Assembly (NCBI GenBank): GCA_040767425.1 | Contig: JAXGON010000006.1 | Location: forward strand, 54,595 to 118,594 | Source of the DNA: Anaerolineae bacterium | Lineage (GTDB): Bacteria; Chloroflexota; Anaerolineae; UBA1429 | Direction of reading: 5' to 3' | DNA length: 64,000 nt | Shown: piece by piece, positions 54,096 to 62,885 of the stretch | Position numbering within the stretch: the stretch's first letter is position 1 | Layout: each line of letters opens with the position of its first letter | The notes under the pieces: generated by a model | Databases searched by the model: none | Told to the model about the DNA's origin: nothing | Seen by the model: only the letters and a program-made list of their open reading frames with translations | Made by a program: the position numbers and the translations under genes

Positions 54096-55327
54096 CGCGT
54101 CGCGCCCGCACGTTCGCCGTGGACCACCGGCAGGCCCAGCAGATGCCGCCGTACCAGATCGAGGGCCGTGTGTACCAGCCAACCCTGGGCGGCGGGGCCA
54201 GAGCGCCACGCTGTGGGCGCGGCCGCGGTGGATCCTCCCTCCCATGCCAGAGCAAAGTGAACCTGACGTTGCTCCTCGGGTGAGTTCCCCAGGCCGTCGA
54301 TGGTTGCCAGGCCCAGACTGGCTCCATGGCGCTGGCGCGTCAGCTCGGCCAGTACGTCCGCTGACGGTGCCGAGCTCTCAGCGCCGAGCAGGGCCGCCAG
54401 CGCCGGCGCGGAGCGAACGCTGCAGCCCCCTGCCAAGCTCTCGGCATGGCTTTCCTCGGCCAGGAGCGCGTTCGCAATGCCGGCCTGGGTGGCGGTCTCC
54501 GCGACGGCCAACGTCAAACCCTCTTTCGCCAAGAGCTCTAGCACGATCCCGGCCAGTGTGTCGTGATCCACCCCAAAGATAAACTCGCCCAGGCGCGCGC
54601 GGATCTCTTTTTCTACCGGTGCGATGAGCTCGTCGGCGGCCTGGCGGGTGGATGCCTTGGTAGTGATCCGAATGTCGACCTGGCCCGGGTGGGCGGCGGT
54701 GCCCACGGTGGGATTGCTCATCTCCATCAGGTCTGGGATCACGGCTCCAAGGGTGCTCTCGCCGATGCCGCAGGTCCGCAGGGTGCGGCTAGCGATGACG
54801 GCCTGTAGGCCGTAGCGTTCTTGAAGGAGGGGCAGGACCGCGTGTTCCATCAGGTAGCGCATCTCGTGGGGCACCCCGGGCAAGGCGATCACCAGGCTGC
54901 CCTGGTGCTCAACGGCGAACGCGGGGGCGGTGCCCACCGGGTTGCGGATTACCTCGGCGCCGGACGGGATGGTGGCCTGCTTGCGGTTGCTGTCGGTCAT
55001 CACGCGACCTCGGCCAGCGAAAAAGGCGGCGATCTCCTCGAGCAAGCCTTCGTCAAGCACGATGGCCCGCCCTGTGGCGCGCGCGATGCCCTCACGCGTC
55101 ATGTCGTCCACCGTGGGGCCGAGGCCGCCTGTAGTGATGACGAGATCGGCATTGGCCAGGCCGTCGCGCACGGCGTTGCCGATGCGATCGAGGTTGTCTC
55201 CCACGGTGACGGTCCGATAGACGTCTAGGCCGATATAGGCCAGCTGCTGCGCGATCCAGGCCGAGTTGGTGTCGACAATCTCGCCAAGGAGGAGCTCGGT
55301 GCCGATGGTGATGATCTCTGCTTGCAT
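54092..55327 (-). CDS. cinA: CinA (MocF-like plus degenerate PncC domain)
   Basis: IGTELLLGEIVDTNS, GGLGPTVDDMT, NPVGTAP and LPGVP.E. Confidence 0.92.
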   Translation of the reverse strand: MQAEIITIGTELLLGEIVDTNSAWIAQQLAYIGLDVYRTVTVGDNLDRIGNAVRDGLANADLVITTGGLGPTVDDMTREGIARATGRAIVLDEGLLEEIAAFFAGRGRVMTDSNRKQATIPSGAEVIRNPVGTAPAFAVEHQGSLVIALPGVPHEMRYLMEHAVLPLLQERYGLQAVIASRTLRTCGIGESTLGAVIPDLMEMSNPTVGTAAHPGQVDIRITTKASTRQAADELIAPVEKEIRARLGEFIFGVDHDTLAGIVLELLAKEGLTLAVAETATQAGIANALLAEESHAESLAGGCSVRSAPALAALLGAESSAPSADVLAELTRQRHGASLGLATIDGLGNSPEEQRQVHFALAWEGGSTAAAPTAWRSGPAAQGWLVHTALDLVRRHLLGLPVVHGERAGATR

Positions 55328-55338
55328 GTTGCCTCGCT

Positions 55339-56442
55339 CTAGAGCTGCTCTTGGTGGCCGCGGGCGCGCAAGAGCTTGACTAGCTCGCTGACCTGCTGAG
55401 CGCGGTCGCGCGGCATGATCAGGAGCGCATCGGGGGTGTCGACGATAACGAGATCATGGATGCCGATGGTGGCCACCAGCTTGCCGTCGGCGTGTATCAG
55501 GTTACCGGCGCTGTCGATGGGCACAAGCCCCTTGCAGGCCATGACGGCGGTCGCGTCCCCGTCGTGGGCCAACATGCCATAGACGGCTGCCCAGCTGCCT
55601 ACGTCATTCCAGCCCATGTCGCAGGGCACCACGGCCACATCAGTGGCTTGTTCCATGATGCCCACGTCGATGGTGACGGGCACGATGCCGTTCCACGCCT
55701 CGGCGATGGCATCGGTATCCTCCGTGGGCGATGAGACGATCGCCTCTAGGGCCTGGTACGTCGCCGGCAGGTGCTTACCAAAGGCCCCCAGGATGGCGTC
55801 CAGCGTCCAGGCAAAATAGCCCGCGTTCCAGTAGTAGCGTCCCGCGGCGACGAATGCGCGGGCATCGTCAAGGGGGGGCTTTTCCACAAAACGCGCGACG
55901 GCATAGGCTGGTGGATCGGTGGGCGGGTCGATCTGCGCGCCTCGCTCGATATAGCCGAAACCGGTCTCGGGCTGGCTGGGGACGATCCCAACCGTGACCA
56001 GATGGCCCTGGCGTGCGGTGGCGATGGCCGCCTGTAGCCCGCGGCGAAAGGCATCGGCGTCGGCGACGACATGGTCGGCGTGAAGCGAGACCATCACATC
56101 GCTTCCAGAGTGGGCGTTGCGCAGGCGCATGGCCGCCAGCCCTAGGCACGGCGCCGTGCCGCGGGGGCTGGGCTCGACGAATAGGTTCCCGTCTGGCAGT
56201 TCGGGGAGATGGTCCCGGATCAGCGCGGCGTGGTCGGGTCCCGTCAGGATATAGATGCGTTCCCAGGGCGCCAATGGCAGCACACGCTCGATGGTGTTTC
56301 GCAACAGAGATCCATCGCCAAAGAGATCCAGGAGCTGCTTGGGCGAGCTGGTGCGGCTAAGGGGCCAGAGCCGGGTGCCGCTGCCACCGGCCAGAATGGT
56401 GATGTGAACATCCTCGCAGGTCTCGGGCGATCGCGACGGCAT
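55339..56442 (-). CDS. mannose-1-phosphate guanylyltransferase
   Basis: ILAGGSGTRLWPLSR..PKQ, EP..RGTAP, ADH, ETGFGYI, FVEKP, WNAG and WNDVGSW. Confidence 0.93.
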   Translation of the reverse strand: MPSRSPETCEDVHITILAGGSGTRLWPLSRTSSPKQLLDLFGDGSLLRNTIERVLPLAPWERIYILTGPDHAALIRDHLPELPDGNLFVEPSPRGTAPCLGLAAMRLRNAHSGSDVMVSLHADHVVADADAFRRGLQAAIATARQGHLVTVGIVPSQPETGFGYIERGAQIDPPTDPPAYAVARFVEKPPLDDARAFVAAGRYYWNAGYFAWTLDAILGAFGKHLPATYQALEAIVSSPTEDTDAIAEAWNGIVPVTIDVGIMEQATDVAVVPCDMGWNDVGSWAAVYGMLAHDGDATAVMACKGLVPIDSAGNLIHADGKLVATIGIHDLVIVDTPDALLIMPRDRAQQVSELVKLLRARGHQEQL

Positions 56443-56461
56443 GGTGGCCTCCTCCCCAGCC

Positions 56462-57547
56462 CTAGCGGGCCAGCACATAGCAGGTGTTGTCGACGCGACG
56501 CACCACGCCACGCAGCTCCATCATGGCCAGGGTGCTCGATACCGCGGCCGTGGGGAGGCCCGTTCGCCGAACCAGCTCGTCCCCGTGGCGAGGCTCGCGG
56601 CCCAGGTGGGCGAGACGGTCCTTTTCCGCAGGTGTGGCCGGAATGATCCGCCGGGTCTCTTGCTGCTGGGGCGCCATCGTCAGATGGAGCTCCTCCAGGA
56701 TGTCCTCAACGTCGGTGACCAGCTTGGCCTCGCCACGCTTGATGGCTGCGTTGGTGCCCTCGCTGGCCTTGCTGTGGACGCTCCCGGGCACGGCAAAGGT
56801 CTCTCGACCTTGTTCCAGGGCATAGCGCAGGGTGATCAGGGCGCCGCTGCGCAAGCCTGCCTCGACGACGATCGTTCCCAACGAGAGCCCGCTGATGATC
56901 CGGTTGCGGGGCGGAAAGTTGCGCGCCTCGGGCTGGGTGCCCAGCGAATAGTCGCTCACCAAGGCGCCATGCTGAACAAGGCGTTCGGCCATGTCGCGGT
57001 GGCGGGCTGGGTAGACGTGATCGAGTCCGCAGGCCAGCACCGCGACGGTGCGGCCGCCGGCATCGAGGGCCGCGCGATGGGCGATGCCATCAATGCCCAG
57101 TGCCAAGCCGCTGACTATGGTGACGCCACTCTGCGCCAGGCCGGTCGCGAGCTTGCGGGCCAGTTCCTTGCCATAAGTAGAGGCATGGCGAGTGCCCACC
57201 ATGGCGACGGCAAAAGAGTCGGCCTCGGTAAAGGAGCCGCGCACATACAACACTGGCGGAGCGTCGTCGATCTCTTTGAGGAGCTGGGGATAATCGTCGC
57301 TCTCCCATGTGAGGACGGTCACGCCTGCTTCCTGGAGGCGGGTGACCTCGGCGTCGAGATCAATGCGTTGGCGGTGATACAGCAGGCTCTCGACAGCGGG
57401 TCGTGGCAAGCCGATGGCGCGCAGGTTGGCGGGAGGGGCGTGCCAGGCTTGGTCCAGCGAGCCAAAGCCGTCGAGGAGCTGGCGCAGACGGGCGGGGCCG
57501 ATCTGGGGCACGCGGTTGAACCCGATCCAGTATCGCAGGTCGCTCAT
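56462..57547 (-). CDS. dprA: DNA-processing protein DprA
   Basis: VGTR, SGLALGIDGIAH, FPPRNRIISGLS, VEAGLRSG and C-terminal winged helix. Confidence 0.97.
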   Translation of the reverse strand: MSDLRYWIGFNRVPQIGPARLRQLLDGFGSLDQAWHAPPANLRAIGLPRPAVESLLYHRQRIDLDAEVTRLQEAGVTVLTWESDDYPQLLKEIDDAPPVLYVRGSFTEADSFAVAMVGTRHASTYGKELARKLATGLAQSGVTIVSGLALGIDGIAHRAALDAGGRTVAVLACGLDHVYPARHRDMAERLVQHGALVSDYSLGTQPEARNFPPRNRIISGLSLGTIVVEAGLRSGALITLRYALEQGRETFAVPGSVHSKASEGTNAAIKRGEAKLVTDVEDILEELHLTMAPQQQETRRIIPATPAEKDRLAHLGREPRHGDELVRRTGLPTAAVSSTLAMMELRGVVRRVDNTCYVLAR

Positions 57548-57571
57548 CGGCTGATCCGTGTATCCCGTTCG

Positions 57572-58144
57572 CTAGCGGAGGCCGTCTGGCACCCGCACCC
57601 GAAGAACTCCAGCGTCCATGTCGACGGCCAGCACCACGTCGTGGATGGCTGGCAGAAGCAGTTCGCCCTCGGCGGTGCGGATCACATACACATCGTTGGC
57701 GCCCGTGGAGATCACCTCGACAACGCGGCCGAGCGTCTCGCCCGACTCGACCTGCGCCAATAGCCCCACGATGTCGCAGATAAAGTACTCGTGCTCTGCC
57801 AGCAGAACGGCCTCATCACGCGTTACCCACAGCCACTGGCCGCGGAGCGCCTCGGCAGCGTCACGGTCGTTCACGCCCTCCAGCTGGAGGAGCGCCCATT
57901 GCTGGTGCAAGCGAGCTCGCTGCACGGCGTAGGGTGAATGCTCGGGCCCGACCAAGACGCGATCTAGATCTAGGAACCGCTCGGGTAGGTCGCTCTCGAT
58001 GCGCACACGGAGCTCGCCGCGCACGCCGCGCGGACCCACGATCTGCCCGATGACTAGGTGGGTTCGCTGCTGGCTCGTATGCAAAGGGGCGACGTCCTCA
58101 CTGCGGGGGCGTCGCCCTCGAGGGTCTTGGCTGGATCGAGGCAT
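57572..58144 (-). CDS. rimM: ribosome maturation factor RimM
   Basis: GQIVGPRGVRGE, EYFICDIVG, TGANDVY and LLPAI. Confidence 0.96.
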   Translation of the reverse strand: MPRSSQDPRGRRPRSEDVAPLHTSQQRTHLVIGQIVGPRGVRGELRVRIESDLPERFLDLDRVLVGPEHSPYAVQRARLHQQWALLQLEGVNDRDAAEALRGQWLWVTRDEAVLLAEHEYFICDIVGLLAQVESGETLGRVVEVISTGANDVYVIRTAEGELLLPAIHDVVLAVDMDAGVLRVRVPDGLR

Positions 58145-58405
58145 CTAGACGATTTCGAGGGTGGTGCGCGGAGCCTCGCGTGTGCAGGATGCCACGCGCA
58201 ACATGGACCGCATGGCGTTGGCCACACGACCACGCTTGCCGATCACCCAGCCCTTGTCCTCGGGGGCCACCGTGAGCTGATAGATGAGGGTGCGGCCGCT
58301 ACGTATTTCGGTTACGCTCACGGCCTCGGGATTGTCCACCAATGAGCGGGCCATGTACTCGACCAGGCCCTTCATGGATGTCTGCAGCTCATCCTGCGTT
58401 GACAT
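58145..58405 (-). CDS. khpA: KH-domain RNA-binding protein
   Basis: LVDNPEAV and GWVIGKRG; position between rpsP and rimM. Confidence 0.92.
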   Translation of the reverse strand: MSTQDELQTSMKGLVEYMARSLVDNPEAVSVTEIRSGRTLIYQLTVAPEDKGWVIGKRGRVANAMRSMLRVASCTREAPRTTLEIV

Positions 58406-58688
58406 GCTCTTCCTCTGCGTTAATCTGCTCTGCCTCGCCCTGGAACTTGGCCATGATGCCCAGGTTACGCAGCATGCGCGCCACCGCTTCGGTGGGCTGG
58501 GCGCCTACGCCGAGCCAGTAGAGGGCTCGCTCTTGGTCGATTACAACCGTGGGCGGATCCGTCCGCGGGTTATAGTGACCGATGATCTCGATAAAGCGGC
58601 CGTCGCGCGGCGCTTCCGAGTTGGCCACTACCACGCGGTAGGTTGCCTGCTTTTTCGCTCCCCGTCTTGCCAATCGGATCTTGACCAT
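58389..58688 (-). CDS. rpsP: 30S ribosomal protein S16
   Basis: [24 protein letters not shown] and GAQPT. Confidence 0.98.
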   Translation of the reverse strand: MVKIRLARRGAKKQATYRVVVANSEAPRDGRFIEIIGHYNPRTDPPTVVIDQERALYWLGVGAQPTEAVARMLRNLGIMAKFQGEAEQINAEEEHVNAG

Positions 58689-58737
58689 GCTCTAAACTCA
58701 TCCCATCTAGTTGATTGCGCTTGCGAACCGATAATCG

Positions 58738-58766
58738 ATTATACACCAGAGTGTCGCCGATGGCTA
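58738..58766 (-). promoter_or_regulatory. rpsP operon promoter
   Basis: TAGCCA-N17-TATAAT. Confidence 0.65.
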
Positions 58767-60089
58767 ACCGAACATCGAGAGCAGCCCCTTCATGCCGCGT
58801 CCTTTTTGCAGGTGTTTCATCAAGCGCTGCATCTCGTCAAACTGGCGCAAGAGCTGGTTGACATCCTGCACCGTGGTGCCGCTTCCCCGCGCGATCCGAC
58901 GCTTGCGGCTGGCGTTGATGATCTTGGGATTGCGACGTTCCTGCGCGGTCATCGATCGCACAATGGCCTCGCTGCGGCGCATGCTGGCGTCCGTCTCTTC
59001 TGAGGGGAGTTGCTTGGCCAGGCGGTTCATGCCAGGCACCATGCCAAGCACTTCGCTGAGCGGCCCCATCTGCTTGAGGGTCTGGAGCTGCTCCAGGAAA
59101 TCCTGAAGTGTAAAGCTGCTGGCGCGCAACTTGGCTTCCATGGAGCGCGCCTGATCGGCCGAGACGGCCGTCTCGGCCCGCTCGATGAGCGAGAGCACAT
59201 CCCCCATCCCCAGGATGCGGGAGGCCAGGCGATCGGGATAGAACGGCTCCAGATCGGACGGGCGCTCACCGACGCCCAGGAACTTGATGGGAACGCCTGT
59301 GACCTCGCGGACGGAGAGCGCAGCGCCGCCGCGGGCATCACCGTCGATCTTGGTCATAGCCAAGCCCGTGACGTTGACGCGCTGGTGAAAGCTATCAGCT
59401 ACCGACACGGCCTCCTGGCCCGTCATGGCATCCACCACCAACAGCACTTCTTGTGGCTCGGTCTGGCGGCGAATCTCCTGCAGCTCGGCCATCATCGGCT
59501 CATCGATCTGCAGGCGGCCAGCCGTATCCAGCAGCACCACCGTAAAGCCTTCGCGTCGAGCGCGGCGTACCGCATTGGCGCAGATGGTCACGGGCGGCGT
59601 GCCCTCGGGTTCGGCGTGCACGGCCATGTCCAGTTGGCGGCCCAACGTCTGGAGCTGGTTGATGGCAGCGGGGCGGTAGATGTCGGCGGCCACCAGCAGC
59701 GGGTGTTCGCCCTTGTTGCGCAGGTGCAGGGCCAGCTTGGCGGCCATGGTCGTCTTGCCAGAACCCTGGAGGCCCACCAGCATGATGACCGAGGGGGGCT
59801 TGTCGGCCAGGTTGAGCTCCTTGGCCTCGCCCAGGAGGGTGATCAACTCCTGATGGACGATCTTGATGACGCTCTGGGCGGGGGTGAGGGAGCGGGCTAC
59901 GTCGGCCCCCACGGCGCGCTCGGCGATGCGCTGGGTAAAGTTCTTGACGACGCGATAGTTGACGTCCGCCTCGAGCAGTGCCAAGCGGACCTCGCGCAGC
60001 GCCTGCGAGACGTCATCCTCGGAGAGGCGTCCCTTGCGTGCCAACTGATCAAAGGTCTGTTGCAGTTTTTCGCCCAGCGATTCGAACAT
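58764..60089 (-). CDS. ffh: signal recognition particle protein
   Basis: GLQGSGKTT, DTAGR, TKIDGDARGG and M domain SMT..ER, SRKRRIARGSG. Confidence 0.98.
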   Translation of the reverse strand: MFESLGEKLQQTFDQLARKGRLSEDDVSQALREVRLALLEADVNYRVVKNFTQRIAERAVGADVARSLTPAQSVIKIVHQELITLLGEAKELNLADKPPSVIMLVGLQGSGKTTMAAKLALHLRNKGEHPLLVAADIYRPAAINQLQTLGRQLDMAVHAEPEGTPPVTICANAVRRARREGFTVVLLDTAGRLQIDEPMMAELQEIRRQTEPQEVLLVVDAMTGQEAVSVADSFHQRVNVTGLAMTKIDGDARGGAALSVREVTGVPIKFLGVGERPSDLEPFYPDRLASRILGMGDVLSLIERAETAVSADQARSMEAKLRASSFTLQDFLEQLQTLKQMGPLSEVLGMVPGMNRLAKQLPSEETDASMRRSEAIVRSMTAQERRNPKIINASRKRRIARGSGTTVQDVNQLLRQFDEMQRLMKHLQKGRGMKGLLSMFG

Positions 60090-60133
60090 TCACCCTCGTC
60101 CTACGGTGCATGCCAACGTATCTTCAGGATGTG

Positions 60134-60162
60134 ATTCTAGGGGCGAAGGGGGCTTCCGTCAA
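60134..60162 (-). promoter_or_regulatory. ffh promoter
   Basis: TTGACG-N17-TAGAAT. Confidence 0.8.
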
Positions 60163-60164
60163 AG

Positions 60165-61481
60165 CTAGGCGTCGGCCTGGGCCTTGGAGGGGAGCAGGTC
60201 CTCGGGAGGGATATCCTTGTCGACGCGGCCCCCGATGCTGGCGTGGGGCTGGGCGTCCTGCATCACCACCGAGAGCTCGGGCGCGCTGGTGTGCACAAAG
60301 AGCTCGTGGGAGGCCTGTAGATCGCCGCCACCGTTGCGGTGGATGACCGCGGCCAGGCGCCAAGAGACGCGCCCGCCAGGCAGCTGCATGGTGGGACGGA
60401 ACCGCTCGGGGATGGTGACGGTGAGCTCGTGGTTGGCTACGCGGTCTGGCAAGAAGGTGGTCTTGCCCAGCAGCGCGATCTCGTCCTCCAGCCAGACGTA
60501 GGTGGTGCCCTTGCCGCCAGACTCGCGCTTGCCGCGGAACGTGCCCTCATCCAGGTTCCACTCGGCGATATAGACCGTGTCGCCCGTGGTGCCCTGGGGC
60601 GTGTGCTCGATGCGCAGCAGGACCGCCCGCACCTCGTCGGCCTCCAGACGTTCCAGGGGGCGGATGCGCAGGTTGGCATGAATGGTCTGCCCCTCGGCCA
60701 CCACCACCTCGGGAAGCTGCAGGCTCAGTTGAACGGTGGCGTTGGCATTGATGGCCACGAACTCGCGGCGCTGGCGCTCCATGGCGACAGGATGTCCCCG
60801 CACCGTGATCTCGGCTGTGGCGGTGACGTCCTCGCGTCCAGCGATCTCCAGCCGACCGTGCAGGGTCCACATGACGGCGCAGATGTACCCACGATGGCAG
60901 GCGGGAGCGTCCTCGGGGATGCGAAAGCTAAAAGGGATGCTCAGCGTCTTTCCACGGCGCAGCACGCTAGGAGGCACGATCTCATCGGCTTGGCTCAGAT
61001 AGACATGGGTATCGCGGACGAGGCTCAGTTGGGGTGGGTCTGTGCGATGAAGCATCTCATGGGCAAACATGCCTCGGCAAAGAAGCGTTACCTGGCCCGA
61101 GAGGATCTCGGCGCGCGAAGGTGCCGTAATGCGAAGCAATCCTGTGATCCGTTCGCCAGGCGAGTAGGTGGCCTCGGGGTGATCGAGCTCAAACGTCATG
61201 GTGGGCGGCGGTCCCGCAGGTAGGGCCAAGGTTCCGATGACAGCTCCGCAAGCTCCCCCCACCAATACACCCAGGACCAAGCCGACGGGAGCTCCAATCA
61301 GGGCGCCCAGGAAGCCGCGCCCCACGGCGCCGAGCACGATGCCGAGCACTAACCCTGCGGCTCCGCCTTCGAGCCCGCCCCAGATCAGCCCATGGCGGGT
61401 AATCGGCTCCAGCCGCTCGAGGCGCGACCAGGCCTCAATGCGGGCGACGAGCTGGCGAATCTTTTCCCCTAGTGCGGCCAT
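60165..61481 (-). CDS. glycine-zipper membrane protein with two arrestin/Spo0M-like beta-sandwich domains
   Basis: GxxxG-repeat hydrophobic N-terminus; YSPGERITG, PFSFRIPEDAP, W.L.GRLEI.G.ED; a second repeat GQTIHANL, TIPERFRPT, SWRLAA.I.R. Confidence 0.7.
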   Translation of the reverse strand: MAALGEKIRQLVARIEAWSRLERLEPITRHGLIWGGLEGGAAGLVLGIVLGAVGRGFLGALIGAPVGLVLGVLVGGACGAVIGTLALPAGPPPTMTFELDHPEATYSPGERITGLLRITAPSRAEILSGQVTLLCRGMFAHEMLHRTDPPQLSLVRDTHVYLSQADEIVPPSVLRRGKTLSIPFSFRIPEDAPACHRGYICAVMWTLHGRLEIAGREDVTATAEITVRGHPVAMERQRREFVAINANATVQLSLQLPEVVVAEGQTIHANLRIRPLERLEADEVRAVLLRIEHTPQGTTGDTVYIAEWNLDEGTFRGKRESGGKGTTYVWLEDEIALLGKTTFLPDRVANHELTVTIPERFRPTMQLPGGRVSWRLAAVIHRNGGGDLQASHELFVHTSAPELSVVMQDAQPHASIGGRVDKDIPPEDLLPSKAQADA

Positions 61482-61530
61482 CGGCTGCCTCTACCTGAAC
61501 TCGTGGTTTCGACTCTGAACCGCTGGACCG

Positions 61531-61539
61531 ATTATAGCA
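61531..61539 (-). promoter_or_regulatory. extended -10 for the arrestin-like gene
   Basis: TGCTATAAT ~50 nt upstream of the start. Confidence 0.55.
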
Positions 61540-61588
61540 CGCCGTCAACGGCACGGAAAGGCACCCAGCCGATTCCCTGGGCGGGCAT

Positions 61589-61617
61589 TTGCCACAGCCG
61601 TGTGGCGGTGCTATACT
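61589..61617 (+). promoter_or_regulatory. tRNA promoter
   Basis: TTGCCA-N17-TATACT with TG extension, 12 nt before the tRNA. Confidence 0.8.
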
Positions 61618-61629
61618 GCGCGCCGTGTT

Positions 61630-61703
61630 CGGGGCGTAGCGCAGCCAGGTAGCGCACTTGAATGGGGTTCAAGTGGTCGGACGTTCAAATCGTCTCGCCC
61701 CGA
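61630..61703 (+). tRNA. tRNA-Pro(GGG); CCA not encoded
   Basis: acceptor stem CGGGGCG/CGCCCCG; D stem GCGC; anticodon stem CTTGA/TCAAG with loop ATGGGGT; T loop TTCAAAT. Confidence 0.97.
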
Positions 61704-61707
61704 CACC

Positions 61708-61737
61708 GAACGGCCAGCCAATGGAGGCTGGCCGTTC
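61708..61737. terminator. 12-bp hairpin after the tRNA (no U tract)
   Basis: GAACGGCCAGCC-AATGGA-GGCTGGCCGTTC. Confidence 0.55.
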
Positions 61738-61776
61738 ATCGTGTGCTGCCCCCGCTGCTCGCCCGAATCTGCCATC

Positions 61777-61962
61777 CTAGGCCTCATGATCCCACCGCGA
61801 GTCGTCCTCGAGATGGTCCCACTGGATCTTGGCGTGCCCCTCAAGCTGGGCGATGGTGCCGTCACGCTGGAGGGTTGCCTCGACCAACGCTAGCTGACCT
61901 CCGTCGTCGGTGCCGTTGTGCGGGTTGCGGCCCAGGCGAATGGCGATGCCTTTCTCATACAC
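61777..61962 (-). CDS. possible 61-aa small protein (start uncertain)
   Basis: coding-like GC3 from GTG at 61962 and a CTAG stop; no clear RBS. Confidence 0.3.
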   Translation of the reverse strand: MYEKGIAIRLGRNPHNGTDDGGQLALVEATLQRDGTIAQLEGHAKIQWDHLEDDSRWDHEA

Positions 61963-62054
61963 ACGAGTGAGCCGCAAGGTATCGCGTAGGAACCAAACTC
62001 GGTTGGGAGAAGGGCGAGGCGGCCATGGGTTGTGCTTTTGCGCCAAATGAGCAT

Positions 62055-62083
62055 TGGTCAGAGGGCCGGGATCGTGGTATAAT
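62055..62083 (+). promoter_or_regulatory. promoter ~215 nt upstream of the carD-like gene
   Basis: TGGTCA-N17-TATAAT with TG extension. Confidence 0.65.
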
Positions 62084-62304
62084 AAGGGGTACCATCGGGC
62101 GTGCATGCTACCTCGACTCGGTAAGGCGAGAGGATGAGCGGGTCAGGCGTTCCTGTTGGGAAACCTAGTGGGCCGGGTATGTTGGGCGGTTAGCGGTATT
62201 CTAGGCGGAATGCCACGCGGCGCCCGTTTTTCTTTTGGGCGAGCGCGTCGGCATGGAGTGACGCGGGTTCGGGATTGCCAGACTAGGCAAAGGTAGGGGC
62301 TGCG

Positions 62305-62814
62305 ATGTTTGCCGAAGGAAGCAAGGTTGTGCATCCGTGCTATGGCGCTGGAACGGTGGTGCGTGTCCAGAAAAAGAGCATCGGAGATGATGCGCGGCGC
62401 TACTATGTGATCGAGGCTGTCTGCAAATCGATGCAGGTGATGGTGCCAGTGAATCGCGCCGATGACCTGGGGCTGCGAGAGGTGGGCCGCAGCCAGTATC
62501 TCCTCAAGGTGCTGCAGTCGTGCGCCGTTCCGCCCACCGATGGCGAGATCGGGTCGGATCTACGGGCTCGTCAGCAAGAGATGCGTGACCAGCTCAAGTC
62601 GGGGTCGTTCACGTCGGTGGCGGACGTTGTGCGCAAGCTCTATTTCCTCTCTGAAAAGCGCCCGCTTGGCACGGTGGATCGTCAGCTCTTTGACCGAGGC
62701 AAGGACCTCTTGGCTAGCGAGCTAGCTCTGGCCACCAACCAGGCGCTGGATGATGCCATGCAGATGGTGGAGGAGACGCTCGGCAGTATGGTCGCCGCCC
62801 TCGAACAGGAGTGA
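62305..62814 (+). CDS. CarD/CdnL family transcriptional regulator
   Basis: F..G.KVVHP.YGAG.V, VMVPV...D.LGLR, LKSG...VA.VVR.L and ELALA. Confidence 0.9.
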   Translation: MFAEGSKVVHPCYGAGTVVRVQKKSIGDDARRYYVIEAVCKSMQVMVPVNRADDLGLREVGRSQYLLKVLQSCAVPPTDGEIGSDLRARQQEMRDQLKSGSFTSVADVVRKLYFLSEKRPLGTVDRQLFDRGKDLLASELALATNQALDDAMQMVEETLGSMVAALEQE

Positions 62815-62842
62815 CGGCGCGCGAGCGGTGCTCGTACATGCG

Positions 62843-62871
62843 AACCGGCGGCCATTGGCCGCCGGTTTTTT
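62843..62871 (+). terminator. intrinsic terminator
   Basis: AACCGGCGGCC-ATT-GGCCGCCGGTT-TTTT. Confidence 0.85.
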
Positions 62872-62885
62872 GCGTCACGTTCACC

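Noticed and set aside
56441-57763. 440-aa plus-strand ORF
   Set aside because: Antisense shadow of dprA/rimM.
59010-60134. 374-aa plus-strand ORF
   Set aside because: Antisense shadow of ffh.
60090-60165. SRP RNA near ffh
   Set aside because: No GGAA tetraloop or helix 8 signature; the region is explained by the ffh promoter.
61630-62300. tRNA-Pro as an integration site for an island
   Set aside because: I saw no integrase, no duplicated tRNA 3' end and no compositional shift.
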